64,000 nt of DNA from Guillardia theta CCMP2712. Taxonomy: Eukaryota > Protista > Cryptophyta. The notes under the pieces were generated by a model. The model worked only from the letters and a program-made list of their open reading frames with translations. It was not told where the DNA came from and did not search any database. The stretch lies in assembly GCF_000315625.1 (NCBI RefSeq), contig NW_005434493.1, positions 28,964 to 92,963 of the forward strand, given 5' to 3'. Below are positions 43,269 to 56,377 of the stretch, one piece after another. The number at the start of each line of letters is the position of its first letter. Within the stretch, counting starts at the first letter, position 1. The position numbers were made by a program, and so were the translations under genes.

Positions 43269-45072
43269 ATGAGGACCTGCGTGCCTCCTGCCTGGCCCGG
43301 AGCCTTGCTCTTGCTCTCCTTGATGTGGATGCCTCCAATGCTGGCCGGCAAAGGCGCATTCATGGTAGACACCCTACAAGTTCACGAAGTGCCGATCGTC
43401 TTGCAGAGAGTGGTTCGTGATAGCACAGGTAGAGCAAGTCGCGATGCTGCTGCCTCCTGTGATGATGCTCGAGGTGTCTGGGTCAAGAACGAGCTTCACT
43501 CCATGGCGTTCACGGCGATGCAGCGACAGGAAGGCATCGTCGCCTCCTTCTGCTTCAGGACCTCTTGCTCAGCGCAACACCAACAGCAGGAACACATAGA
43601 CGCTTCCTGCCTCCTGCTGACAGCCCGGCAGGTTGAAACCCTTCTTGAGCTGGTCAGGGGCGGCGACTCTCGTTGGAACGTGACGGTAGTTTCATCACCT
43701 CATCGACTTCCCCCGCGCATTCCTGTCTTCCTCCATTACTCATCAGGCAAAAGAGCTTCCTTCCTCCCCCTCCCACCCTTCTTCTCTCTGTGCTCCCAGG
43801 CTGACCCTTGCTCTTACTCTGTGCTCTCCGTCTGACCCTTCCTCTTCTGCCCCCCCTGTGATTCCTCCTCCTCCTCTCCCTCTTTCTCCCCCTCTCCCTC
43901 TTTCTCCCCCTCTCGCTCCCACTCTTCCTCTGACCCGCGACTAGGTCTCACTGAGCTGCACGTCCTCTCGACCTCGTGGGCAGATGCTGGTGAGCCGGAG
44001 GCTCCGTAACGAGGATCTGAAACCCTCGACCTACTGCAGTGGAGAACGCGAATATTTTCTGCTCCCGCTGGTCCTGCTCCCCGTCAGCTCTGCGATCCCT
44101 TGCAGAGCAGCTGGAGGAGGTGCAGAGTGAGTTCAACACCTCCAGGTTGCGACCTTGACCTGACGCTTCTCACCTGCCGCACAGCTGGGCTGGCAGGTGG
44201 ACAGCGCAGGGGGTCGGGAGGGAGGGAGCAGCTGAACTTGGCAAAGTTTCTCTTCCCTGAGTGCCCCAAATCTTTCTGGGAGGAGAGAGGTGAGGGAGTG
44301 GAGGAGCAGCAGATTTCTGTAGTAGTCCCGTCGCACAACCATGCTCCCTTCGTCGTCACTGCTCTGCTCAGCCTCAACGAGTCAGCTCGCTACATGTGGG
44401 AGAGACGCTGCAAGGACGGAGGACGCTGTCTCCCGGTGGAGGTGCTGGTGGTGGATGACGCATCCACGGACGAGACGAGCAGGAGGGTGGCTGAGTTCCA
44501 GCAGCGATGCCAGCTGACCTCGAGCAGGTAAAGCTGTCGGCCTCATGCTGATGACTGGCTGACATGTTGCCTCTGGAAGGTGGATGAGGGTGAGGAGCGT
44601 GAGGAACAAGCGGCGGCTGGGAGCTGCGAGGTCGAGGAACATCGGAGTGGAGGAGAGTACCGGCAACTTCATCTTGTTCTTGGACGCGGACGACATCGTC
44701 TTGCAGGGGCACCTCCTACTTCTCGCGGCGGCGATCGCGTCCAACTCATCCTTCCTTGCTGTCCGCAGCAGGATCCAGCTTTGGGATGCGGAGGCCGGGA
44801 GGAGCTTGATGGAGGAGGTGAGCTGGCGATGGAAGGAGGCGATAGAGCGCGGAGCACCGACGAACCTGGTAGTTAGGAAGGAGGCGCACCAGTGCGTAGG
44901 AGGCTTCCCTGCTGACCTCCCTCGCGGTGAAGACATGGTCTACGCTCAGAAAATCGAGCTCCTCGCCTCGCACGTTGGCGGGGTCCTCGCAAAAGTGCAG
45001 GAGGAAACAGTCAGGTACAACAGACGCGCTGGCAATAGCCTCGACCGACAACGTGACAAGTTTGCTGTATAA
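43269..45072 (+). CDS. Family 2 glycosyltransferase with signal-peptide-like N-terminus
   Basis: ISVVVPSHN, EVLVVDDASTD, GAARSRNIG, FILFLDADD, GEDM. Confidence 0.85.
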
Positions 45073-45239
45073 ACGATTACCTGACAGTGAAGGCGAAGGA
45101 AAGGTAGGAGGAGGGCAGCACGTTAGTAGCATCAGGAGGAGGAGGAGGAGGAGGAGGAGGAGGAGGAGGAGGAGGAGGAGGAGGAGGAGAAAGCAAGTAT
45201 GAAAGTAGTTCTAAATCTATGTATTGTACATACAGAAGG

Positions 45240-46877
45240 TTACATGACAAGATCAATTAAGATCATGGAAGCGATAATGAAGATAATCCCAATGAAGTAA
45301 AACTCCTTGCGGACGCCGACGCTCTTGTTGGGGCGGCAGTGCCGAGCGCCGTTCTCCAAGAGAATTTTCAGCCACACGTCCCTTTGACTGATGCTTGGCA
45401 TCAGCAGCCTCACGGCCTCTGACTGCTCCTCTCCCGCCGCGTCCCCGTTGAGCTGGATAGCAAGAGGGTTGTTCCCGGCCACACAGACCGACATGCCTTG
45501 GAGGTTGAGGGTGCTGAGCTGGTTGGAGAAGGCGGGAGGGTCCGTGAAGATCCGCATCAGCTTCTTGTCGACCACGCACAGCACTGAGACCGGCTCCTCC
45601 ATCCCCTCGACCTCCAGCAGCAGCTGCCCCTGGTGTCCCCCCACAGACTTGGATCCCCGCTTGTCCATGTAGTCTCCGAACGTCATGCTGTTCCCGGGTG
45701 ACCGGGCGTTGTTCTGTTCGTGCTTGCTCGGAGCCTTGGGAGGAAAGTGCCTGCTGGACCCACGAGACGACCGGCTGGGGCAGCGAGAAATCTGATGCTG
45801 ACTGCAGTCCTGCGCCTCCCGCACTCCTCCATCAATCCCGCTCTCGAGCTTTCTCACGAAGCTCATGTGAGGGTCTTCTCGAGACGAGCTCAAAAAGCTC
45901 GCGTTCATGTTGCTGTCTCGGTTCTTGTTCCCGTGCCAGGAGTTGAAGGCTTGCGGGGAGGGTCTGCCGCGAGGCTGCGACAAGTAGGAGTTGACTTCCC
46001 GGATGCTGGAGGAGCGATGGAGGTTCGGCAGCTTGCCCTGAGAGAACCCCCGGTTCTCCTCTCCCTCCACCTTCTTCGGAGGCTTGGAGAAGAGCTTCGC
46101 CTTGCGGAACTCCGCCACAGGCTGGAGAGAGTCGATGAGCCGCATTACCTCCTCCCCTCCCACCGCCATGAGGTCGCTAACGCTGAGCTCGAAGCACCGG
46201 CACTGCTCGATGGCTCGGATGTCGCACGTTCGCTGCAGCTCCTCGATGTTGTGGAACTTGGCCGAGGGATCTTTGACGATACGCTTGCAGGTGGCGATGA
46301 AGGTCATTTCTCCGAAGAAGTCCCCGCTGCTGAGCTCTTCCACCACCTTCTTGTCGTGAACAGCTTGAGCACGTCCCATGTCAATGAAGAACATGGACGT
46401 GCCGATGGTGCCCTTAGCAATGATGCATTCACCCGGCTCAAACATGCGCAGCTGGGAGGGAAGCAGTCAGCAGGAGAGCGGTCAACCTCCCTATGTTACC
46501 TTCATCGCTTCAAGACATGCGCACACGCTATACGTCGACATGTTCGAGAACATTTCGAACTGCCTCCAGCTAGCTTGGAAGAGTCGAGGAGGGGGGTTCG
46601 CTTTGCTCTCGGGAAGACCGACTCGCACATCGCAGCTGGCGGCTCGATTCATCCTGAAGCTTGAGTTGAAGTTCTCAGCGTCTTGCAGGAAAGATTTCCT
46701 CCTTCCATGGACGTCCATGGGTTCGGCAGATTCCGCAGAGGAGGCGACAGCTTCTCCTTCCAGGCTGCAATGCTGGGCTCCGCTCGGACTTGTCGATTGA
46801 GACTGCGAGCCCGTGAGCCCGCAACCTGGGCTGTGATGGAGCCATGGATCGTGCGCAGACACATTCAGTGTCATCAT
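45240..46877 (-). CDS. Cyclic-nucleotide-binding domain protein with PH-like region and C-terminal TM anchor
   Basis: FEPGECIIAKGTIGTSMFFI..GDFFGE..RTCDIRA; RDVWLKIL; hydrophobic tail FYFIGIIFIIASMILIDLVM. Confidence 0.8.
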
Positions 46878-47745
46878 CTTCCAGAGCGCGGGCTATGGCA
46901 GGTAGCGACGAAGAAGGAGCGAGTGAACGAGGCAACAGGGTGAAGGAGCAGGTAAGAGGGAGGAGGGGAGGAGGGGGGGAGTCTGGGCAAAGACCAAGGA
47001 AGAGGAGCCAGGGTTGACGAGGACTGGCGAGGGGCCTTTTATGGACCACGTGGGGTGGTCAAACACAAGTAGTACGGGTGTTGTCTACCTTGATATGATT
47101 GGAAAAATAGGGGTGGGTCTTTGGATTCAAGATGGGTGGGGTGGGGCAAGAAGCTTTTCTTCACGGATACCATGCTGACCGACCCTTTTTTAAAATGTTT
47201 TGAGTCGGAATGGCAACATCACCACCCTACCCCCTATTTCACTGAAAAAATGTTGAAATTAACCCCTACTTGGAGATGATTTACACGAAGCAGGGGTCCC
47301 TTTCCCAGGAGCAAAGAAACCCCAACCCTTCGAGTGGTTTAAAACAACTTGTAAATCCGAGGAAATGTTGAAGTAAACTTTGAAGATAATTCCAGAAATG
47401 TTCAAATTTGCTGAAATAGAATCGAAACTTTCCCCCTCACCTTACAGCCACCATTTGCGACCCTTGCACACCCAGATCATTCTCTAATTATGCTACTAAT
47501 CTCAGACTCACAGGCTCCCCACCTAACCTCCTCCTTCTCCTCAGCCGGATATATTTGTGTATGTACAATGGAAGTCACGCTACTTGAAGCTAGTTCGGGG
47601 ACTGCGCCGAACAGTCACAAGGTAGTCTATCATCTCTCAACGACTGCCAGTGCAGTATCTCAGTGACCCGACTGTCAAGAGGCCGCATGCAACAACTCCT
47701 TTTAATGAGTCACGGGCCCGGAGCCTTTCTCCGCTTTTGTCCTAG

Positions 47746-48176
47746 TACTCAAAGTTTACTTAAAAATCAGTACGAGGACCCGGTACAAGTGCAGTGCCCG
47801 TGACGGCCCGGAGTCCGGCGTCTCGCCCGGCCCGGCCCTGCGGCCAGTGATCGGACGCTGGGCCCCTGGGCAGCCCCGCCGGGCGGGCCGGCGCCTCCGG
47901 GGCCCGGGCCGGGCCGGGGGCACCCGGCCCGGGCCGGTGACTGAGGCACTGGAGTCTCAGGTTCACAGCCGCCGCCGCAGTTACTGAGTGAAGTTTGGGG
48001 GACAGCCTGGCAATCGGCAGGATGAGGACGGGCCGTTGGTTCGAGTCTGGCTGACCCGACAGGCTCAGTGACAGTCTTTTCTCCTCTGCGGCCCGGTACT
48101 CGGTGACCGTACGGTATGGCCCTATCCGATCATTGTCTTTTCTTCCTCGTACCTTTTTAACTTAACTTTGAGTAAA
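47746..48176. mobile_element. ~430-bp non-coding element with ~30-bp inverted ends from the dispersed family and a very GC/CCGG-rich core
   Basis: tactcaaagtttacttaaaaatcagtacgagga at the left end and tcctcgtacctttttaacttaactttgagta at the right end. Internal gtttgggggacagc..ggcaggat matches the RLE remnant 3' UTR. Confidence 0.7.
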
Positions 48177-48478
48177 GAAGATTATCTCTGTTCGCCCGGC
48201 TATAGCGAGGACTAGTCTCTTCCACTTGAGTAAAAGTTAGGATTGTGCAGCTGGGGCGGGGAAGCAGGCAATGGCGAGGCAAGGATAGAGAATTTTGCAT
48301 AGCTTGTATAACATCTTTGCTGACAATCATACTCGACTGACATCTCAACCCATCATAATCTCCAAGGTTGTTCAGATCATTTCCTAAATTACATCTCAGT
48401 TCGTAAAGGACAGATTTCTACCTTCATATCGTTGAACTTCCAATCCTACCATCATCTGTCTCTCCACTTGTTTCAAGG

Positions 48479-48562
48479 ATGCGTCTCATCATCGTTGGGA
48501 TTGCGATGATACAGTTTTGTTACGGTAAGAGCTGGTGGAGAAGGGAGATGCGAACGTGGTGA

Positions 48563-48603
<41 letters not shown>

Positions 48604-50662
48604 AGTTGTCGTTGTCGTCATCATCGTCATCGTCATAGTCGTCGGAGCGAGTTGGAAAAGACTATTTTGATGTTGACGATGACGATGATGGAGATTATCA
48701 TGATGATGAAAGTATGCGATCGTGGTGGAGGAGGTCCTCCGCTAAATGAGTGCGATGTTGTCATGCCAGTGACGAAGCCAGTGGCTCAGGTGAAGTCCTC
48801 ACAGCGAAGGATGAGCATGAAGTAGGCGTTGTGTTTCCTTCGTTGCCGGCAGATTGACCAGACGACAGGTCGATGTCAACAGCGCTGTGCCCTCAGAAGA
48901 TCTTGACAGCATGCTGCTCGGCCCCTTTCACAAGGCATTTCCCTCCTCCTGTCCTCTCCCCTCCTCTATTCCGATCCCCTCCCATCCCTCCGGAATCCCC
49001 CCCTTCCCTGGCACCCTCTCCTCTCCAATTTCCCATCGTCTTCGCGCGTTTCCCCTGCCGCTCTCCTTCTGCCTCTGCTCCGTTCTTGATCCTCTCTCGT
49101 TCTCGTCCCCTGTTGTCCTCCTCCTTCCCTCCTCCATCCCTCCGCCATCTTCGCACGCCTGCTTATGTCGGAGCACTAGGCTAGCAGGAACCCGATCTTC
49201 TCTCCCAACGCAAGCTTCTCTTTCTTCTGCCCGTGGCATCACAAGCATCTCAAATGGCAGGCCAAGGATGTCTTCAACCCTGCCGCCCTCGTCCGCGGTC
49301 AGCAGCCCGACCCTCCCGTCCTTGTCCTCCCCGCTGACCCTCCAGCAGACCACAAGGTTCACCTCCTGTTCCGCGCCGAAGATTTCGATGGGATGCATGC
49401 GGGGACTTCGAGGATCGGGCTGGCCAGGAGCGAGGACGGGCTGCACTTCCCCGCAGAGGACACGCATCCCTCGCCCGTCCTCTTCCCTGCGCCGGAGGAG
49501 GGAGACTGCTGCTTCAGGGTCGACTACCTCGAGGACACGTGCAAGGACAAGTGCCAAAGGGACACGGCGGCTGGGATGGTGAAGGTGGGGGAGGGCAAGT
49601 ACAGCATGTCGCTCTACGATGCTGAGGGAGGATGCGAGGACCCGCGAGTCGTTCAAGATGAGGAGGGAACTTACTTCATGCTGTACACGGTGATCCTCCT
49701 CCTGCACCTCCTGCTCCTCCTCCTCCTCCTCCTCCTCCTCCTCCTCCTCCTCTTCCTCCTCCTCCTCCCTGGTCTCCTCCTCCTCCTCCCTGGTCTCCTC
49801 CTCCTCATCATCATCATCATCATCATCTAGTCTCCTCCTCCTCCTCCCCCAGTCTCCTCTTGCTCCTCCTCCTCTAGTCTCCTCACCCTCCTTCAGTCGT
49901 ACGATGGGCATGTCGCGCGCTTGTCGGTTGCATCTTCCAACAATCTCACCACGTGGACCAAACACGGACTTGCTTTCAAGCANNNNNNNNNNNNNNNNNN
50001 NNNNNNNNNNNNNNNNNNNNNNNNNNNNNNNNNNNNNNNNNNNNNNNNNNNNNNNNNNNNNNNNNNNNNNNNNNNNNNNNNNACCTCTTCTGCTTCCAAT
50101 GCCTCTCACTGCCTGCAAGCTTCTTCATTGCTACTTTGATCCTCTTGCCTTCTCCCGCAGTTCCTCACCCGTCACTCTCCTGTATTCACCGACACGCACT
50201 CAACCTCTCGCCTCCTCTCCTCTCCCTCTCTCTCCTCCTCCTCTCCTCCTCCTCCTCCTCCTCCTCCTCCTCCTCCTCCTCCTCCTCCTCCTCCTCCTCC
50301 TCCTCCTCCTCCTCCTCCTCCTCCTCCTCCTCCTCCTCCTCCTCCTCCTTCATCCTCGTTCTCTTTCTCCTTCTCTTCTGGTTCCATGAAAGAATTGGAT
50401 TCCTGTCGACACGAGCAACACCATGTCGGGCCGATGGACAGGAGGAGTGCTTGCCCCTCGCCCCGGCAGGTCTGAAGGAGAGCAGGAGAGCAAGAGAGGC
50501 AGGAGGAGAGAGCAGGAGAGCAAGACGGGGAGGAGGAGACAGCAGGAGAGAGGGGGGTGAACAGGGGCAAGAAGCGAGGGCACGACAAAACCTTCGAGCG
50601 ATCGGAGCTCAACAAGGGCAGCTAGATCGGGCAAGAACAGGAGTGAGAAACAGGAATAGAAT

Positions 50663-50695
<33 letters not shown>

Positions 50696-50724
50696 GAGGA
50701 GGAAGAGTTAGACGGAGAGCGGCG

Positions 50725-50758
<34 letters not shown>

Positions 50759-50950
50759 GAGGAGGAAGAGTTAGACGGAGAGCGGCGAGAGCAGCAGCAG
50801 CAGCAGCAGCAGCAGTGACAGGAGCAGCAGGAACAGGAATTGATTGCTATTCTAGCTGGGACAGTGACTTGGTGGAGCCTGGACCTCCTGCCATGTTGAA
50901 GGGCGACAAGATCCTTCTCATCTACAATGCAAAGAATAGCGCCAAGCAAG
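48479..50950 (+). CDS. Secreted GH130-family mannosidase/mannoside phosphorylase-like protein, 3' incomplete
   Basis: Signal exon MRLIIVGIAMIQFCY; DVFNPAALV, LFRAED, TSRIGLARSEDGLHF, GCEDPRVV, WTKHG, DSDLVEPGPPA, LLIYN. Confidence 0.85.
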
Positions 50951-51146
50951 GTCTCCTCCTCCTCCTCCTCCTCCTCCTCCTCCTCCTCCTCCTCCTCCTC
51001 CTCCTCCTCCTCCTTCTCCTCCTTCTCCTCCTTCTCCTTCCTCCTTCCTCCTTCCTCCTTCCTCCTGCTACTCCCACCCTCTCTCCCTCCCTCTCTCCCT
51101 CCCTCCTCCTTCCCCTCTCCCCCCGTCTCACTCGTTGGTCTCCTAG

Positions 51147-51771
51147 ACTGAGATCGCCGCCCTCAACGACAAGATTCGCATGCTCGAGATCGAGCTAGAG
51201 AAGGTGACATGGCAGACTTGCCTCCCCTTCTCCTTCCTCCTCCACCTGTGCCTCCTTACCTCCGAGCCGATAGCCCCTGCGCTTGCTTGCTCTTCTCCCG
51301 TCCTCTCCGCCTCCTCCTCCTCATCTTCTCCTACAGATCTCCTCCAGCATGGGCGGCTTCTCGGGTCTCACGGACAGCGGAGGAGGAGGCGGAGGACTGT
51401 CGGCATCGCTGTCAGAGAGTTCGAGTAGGGATGCGTCGCTCCACACCGACCTGTGGGATCGCAAGGTGCAGGATGGAGGTTTCTTGAGCATGGCAACAGA
51501 AAATGGCTTCGCAGCATTGCGCCGTCAGGTATTCCTTCTTTCCTCCTCCCCTATTCCCTCTCCATCGCCCTCCTCCTCCTCCTCTGTACTCCTCTCTCCT
51601 CCGCAACTTCCCTCCTCCTTGTTCCCCCTCCATGTGTCTTCTCCCTCGACCTCGACCTCTTCCTCCTCACGTCCTCTCCTCGTGTCTGACACATGGCAGG
51701 ACAACCAGGTCGCTTCCCTGCAGAAGCTCATTGACTCCTTGGAGAAGGAAAGAGACGCCCTAGCAGAGAAG
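51147..51771 (+). CDS. Exons of an unidentified coiled-coil protein (partial)
   Basis: AG/GT-bounded exons TEIAALNDKIRMLEIELEK and DNQVASLQKLIDSLEKERDALAEK. Confidence 0.5.
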
Positions 51772-52847
51772 GTCAGATAAACAGCCCTCCTCCTCTCCTT
51801 CTTCCGCCCCTCTCCTCTCCTCTCCTCTCCTCTCCTCTCCACTCCCTCTCCTCTCCTCTCCTCTCCTCTCCTCTCCTCTCCTCTCCTCTCCTCTCCTCTC
51901 CTCTCCTCTCCTCTCCTCTCCTCTCCTCTCCACTCTCCTCTCCTCTCCTCTNNNNNNNNNNNNNNNNNNNNNNNNNNNNNNNNNNNNNNNNNNNNNNNNN
52001 NNNNNNNNNNNNNNNNNNNNNNNNNNNNNNNNNNNNNNNNNNNNNNNNNNNNNNNNNNNNNNNNNNNNNNNNNNNNNNNNNNNNNNNNNNNNNNNNNNNN
52101 NNNNNNNNNNNNNNNNNNNNNNNNNNNNNNNNNNNNNNNNNNNNNNNNNNNNNNNNNNNNNNNNNNNNNNNNNNNNNNNNNNNNNNNNNNNNNNNNNNNN
52201 NNNNNNNNNNNNNNNNNNNNNNNNNNNNNNNNNNNNNNNNNNNNNNNNNNNNNNNNNNNNNNNNNNNNNNNNNNNNNNNNNNNNNNNNNNNNNNNNNNNN
52301 NNNNNNNNNNNNNNNNNNNNNNNNNNNNNNNNNNNNNNNNNNNNNNNNNNNNNNNNNNNNNNNNNNNNNNNNNNNNNNNNNNNNNNNNNNNNNNNNNNNN
52401 NNNNNNNNNNNNNNNNNNNNNNNNNNNNNNNNNNNNNNNNNNNNNNNNNNNNNNNNNNNNNNNNNNNNNNNNNNNNNNNNNNNNNNNNNNNNNNNNNNNN
52501 NNNNNNNNNNNNNNNNNNNNNNNNNNNNNNNNNNNNNNNNNNNNNNNNNNNNNNNNNNNNNNNNNNNNNNNNNNNNNNNNNNNNNNNNNNNNNNNNNNNN
52601 NNNNNNNNNNNNNNNNNNNNNNNNNNNNNNNNNNNNNNNNNNNNNNNNNNNNNNNNNNNNNNNNNNNNNNNNNNNNNNNNNNNNNNNNNNNNNNNNNNNN
52701 NNNNNNNNNNNNNNNNNNNNNNNNNNNNNNNNNNNNNNNNNNNNNNNNNNNNNNNNNNNNNNNNNNNNNNNNNNNNNNNNNNNNNNNNNNNNNNNNNNNN
52801 NNNNNNNNNNNNNNNNNNNNNNNNNNNNNNNNNNNNNNNNNNNNNNN

Positions 52848-55155
52848 CAGTGCTCGAGCAACGAACCTGAGCCGTTGAAGCGCCTGAAGCATGCTAGCGA
52901 TCATGAGGAGGAAGACGAGCATACGTCGACCTGCCACCATGATGGTGGGTGCGTTTGTGTTGCCGCTAGTCACCATCGGCCATGACGACGCGTCCACCAC
53001 CCGCAGCCCCCGCACCCCTCGCACACGCAGAAGGGGATCGAGGACGGCGAGGGGGTCCCCGTCAGCTCCCATCCTCGCTGTCCCCGCAGGGTGGTAGACG
53101 GTCCCACCTACCGCTCGGATCTGACACTCCCAGAAGGAGTCGGGCGTCTCCTCCAGAGGCTCCGACGGGCAGCCGCAGGAGGAGGCCTGGCAGTCGCGCT
53201 GGTTGTAGAGGAGCTTCCCGTCCGTCCATTCCCGCATCTCCGCCGTCCTGACGATGCGCAGGATGAGGCGGATGCCCTCCAACAGCGTGGCCATGTCGTC
53301 TGGGTGCCGCAGGTACTTAGGGTCAACCCGAGGAGGGTCGAGCGGGTCAGCAGAGCGCAAGGAGACGCTGCCGGTGGTGCCCGGGTGGAGGAGGGTGGGG
53401 AACATGGCGAGGCCGTGGGTGAGGGGGGAGATGTCGTACCATCGCAGCATCTCCTCGTTGAAGCCGAAGTTGAGGAAGTCGGAGCGAGAGCCTGCAGCTG
53501 CGATCATGTGGAGCTGCAGGTCAGGCAGCGTCAGCGACGGCCGCGTCCTCGAGAACGAGACGGCCTCGAGCATGGGTGAGGTCAGGGGTCCCCTATGGGC
53601 GAGGAGCCAGGAGAGGAACGACCAGGTGCTGGTGGCATCCTTCCTGCGATAGGAGACGGGGCTGGTGACGTTGAACATGAGGCCGTAGAAGAAATGATCC
53701 TGCAGATTCTTTCCCACCCCAGGGGAGGAAACCTTGACCTCTATCCCGTGCTTCTTCAGCTGCTCCTCCTCCCCGACCCCGGACAGCATCAGGAGCTTCG
53801 GAGTATGCACGGCACTCGCTGCCAGCAGAATCTCCTTCCTCCCCTCCACGTACACGTCCTTCCCGTCCTCCCCTCGGAACCACACTCCCTTGGCCTGGCA
53901 CTTCTCCTTTCCCCCTCCCTGCTGCCCGCTGCAGTCGATCTCGACCTTGAGGACCGTAGCTCCTACGACCACCTCCAAGTTCCTCCTCCTCATCGCAGGA
54001 CGCAGGTAAGCCCTGCTCACGCTCCACCTCCTCCCCCTGTACGTCGTGCTCTGCAGATGCGCACATCCCTCCTGCTCCTTCCCGTTGTAGTCAGGATTCT
54101 CTCCCAGCCCCGCCGCTGCACATCCTTCCACGAACGCTGCTGTCAAGGGACTCCGCTCCACGGGGTCGGAGACGAACAAGGGGCCATGAACGCCATGGTA
54201 GCTCGACCAGCGAAGGTTCTGGTTGTTCTCAGCCTTCTTGAAGTAGCGCAGGGCGGTCGTGTAGTTCCAGCCCGTCGCTCCCCGTCGCTCCCACTCGTTG
54301 AAGTCCTCAGGGTTTCCTCGCACGTACGCCATGTAGTTGATCGAGCTCCCTCCTCCTAGTGTCTTCCCCATCGGCCACCTGCAGCATCCGTCCTTCCCCT
54401 TCACCGTGGGGTCCTGCGTGCACGAGATCGATCTGCATGCGTGTCCTTCCTGCTGCTCCGTCTCCACCTGCCAGTCCCGCTTCGTGCGCTGCAGCGTCCC
54501 GCAAGCAAGAGGGACGTCGAGGAGGAGGTTGGAGTCCCTCGGCCCGCTCTCGAGCAGCAGCACGCTCAGGTCCTCCTCCTCGCTCAGCCTCGCGGCTACC
54601 ACGGAACCTGACGATCCTCCTCCCACCACGATCACGTCGTAGGCCTTCTGGGTTGGCAGGGAGAGAGGGCCACGAGGAGAGGAGGGGAGGAGAGCCAGGA
54701 GCGAGAACCAGAGGCTGGTAAGTTTGTCGAGAGATTCATCGAGGAGAAGAATATTCTCGTCGGACAAACTTATGCTCCCCAAGAGGGACGCAAGGGATCC
54801 GAGAACCTGGTCCATGAGGAGCTGGAAAATAATAGAATCAGGACAGAGAAATGGCAAGGAGAGGAGGAGGAGGAGGAGGAAGTGAGAACGAGAACGAAGA
54901 GCAGGGGAGGGAACAGATGGAAGGGGGAAGGAGGGGGGCGGGGGGGGGGGGGGATCATATTTGATCACGGGGAATCTCGTCTTCTCGCGCGCCTCTCGCT
55001 TTCATTCTCTCTCGGTCTTCGCATTTGTATCAATATCATCTACTCCACATTTCTGNNNNNNNNNNNNNNNNNNNNNNNNNNNNNNNNNNNNNNNNNNNNN
55101 NNNNNNNNNNNNNNNNNNNNNNNNNNNNNNNNNNNNNNNNNNNNNNNNNNNNNNN

Positions 55156-55199
<44 letters not shown>

Positions 55200-55394
55200 G
55201 AGGAGGAGGAGGAGGAGGAGAGAGAGAGAGAGGGAGAGTGAGCGTGGGGAGGAGGTGGGGCGGGGGGGGAGGCACGGGGAAGGAGGAGGAGGAGGAGGAG
55301 CAGCAGCAGCAGCAGGATGGCTTACGTGAACATCTAGCACCACCAGCATCGCCACCACCGTCACCGCCACCGCCATGTTAAACCTCCAGGCCAT
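52848..55394 (-). CDS. GMC (glucose-methanol-choline) FAD oxidoreductase
   Basis: YDVIVVGGGSSGSVVAARLSE, GKTLGGGSSINYM, VGKNLQDH, YHPAGTARMG, GNTNAPTIMVA. The signal-like exon at ~55330-55394 lies across a gap, so its linkage is inferred. Confidence 0.93.
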
Positions 55395-56377
55395 GGTTTG
55401 GGTGTGGTCGCAAAAACGTTTTCGACTGTCGGGATTTATTTTGAAATTCTTCGTCAACAATTAGTGAGTTCATTGCAACATTTCAAAATTTGTACCACGC
55501 TGCTTTGATACGTGATAGTCATCTCCTGCTCCGTTCTCATTATTTTCTCCACTCCCGTAAGCTCCCTCCTTTCTCCTCCCTCCCTCCCTCTCCCTTCCTC
55601 GCTGTGTGACCTCATTCAGGATCCACCTCTTCCTCCTCGTCATGGACTGTAGAACTTCGAGCATGTTGACGTCACGTCGGAGCTCGATGAGATGCATCAG
55701 CTCAGCAGAAAGAGGAATGATCATTGTGAACAACTCAGCGGAAGAAGCAGGAGGCAGACCCCCAGCAGAGCAAGACCAGTCGATCACCAACATGGATGGC
55801 CCAACATGGATGGCAGAGCAGCACATCGCTACGGCTGTGAACCTGACCAGTTCGACACAACCTTTCAATACAAGAGATGCTAACGCGAGCTAAACATTCA
55901 CTCCAGATGATGTCAGCTTGCGGACAGCGGCGTCATCGGGGTCAACAGACGAGAGAAAGTTCGACGTCCTCGGGTGCTCAGGGTCGGCCCTGGCACGTGA
56001 GAAGGACCAGAGTCCCGAGTTGAGCGCTCGCATCGATTCATCCTGCATCTTCTGAGCCTCCATGCGAGCAACCTGGACAAGTGTCAGGGAGGAGAAGGAC
56101 TTAGGTACTGACAAGGCATACCGCTGCCTTGTGGCTGGAAAGCTGAGCACTGTAAGCCGAGTTCAATGCATCATTCCATACCGAGCGCGCCCTGTTGGCC
56201 ACGTCATGAATTTCGTTCATCTTCTTCCCAGCTTCCAAGTGTTCCTCTTTGGAAGTAATACACAAATCAATGAGGGTCAACAAAAAGAAACAAAATCAAA
56301 TGAGAAGAAAAAATGTGCACGAAGAGACATAGTATGGCACTTACTTGCAGCGGGGTGGTAGGGAGGCAACTGATACT

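Noticed and set aside
50663-50815. ~60-bp duplicated CAG-rich unit (also 18-bp x3 at ~41283-41336)
   Set aside because: Ordinary intronic slippage duplications.
51525-54968. 1147-aa ORF and other X-filled ORFs
   Set aside because: Artefacts of reading through N-gaps.
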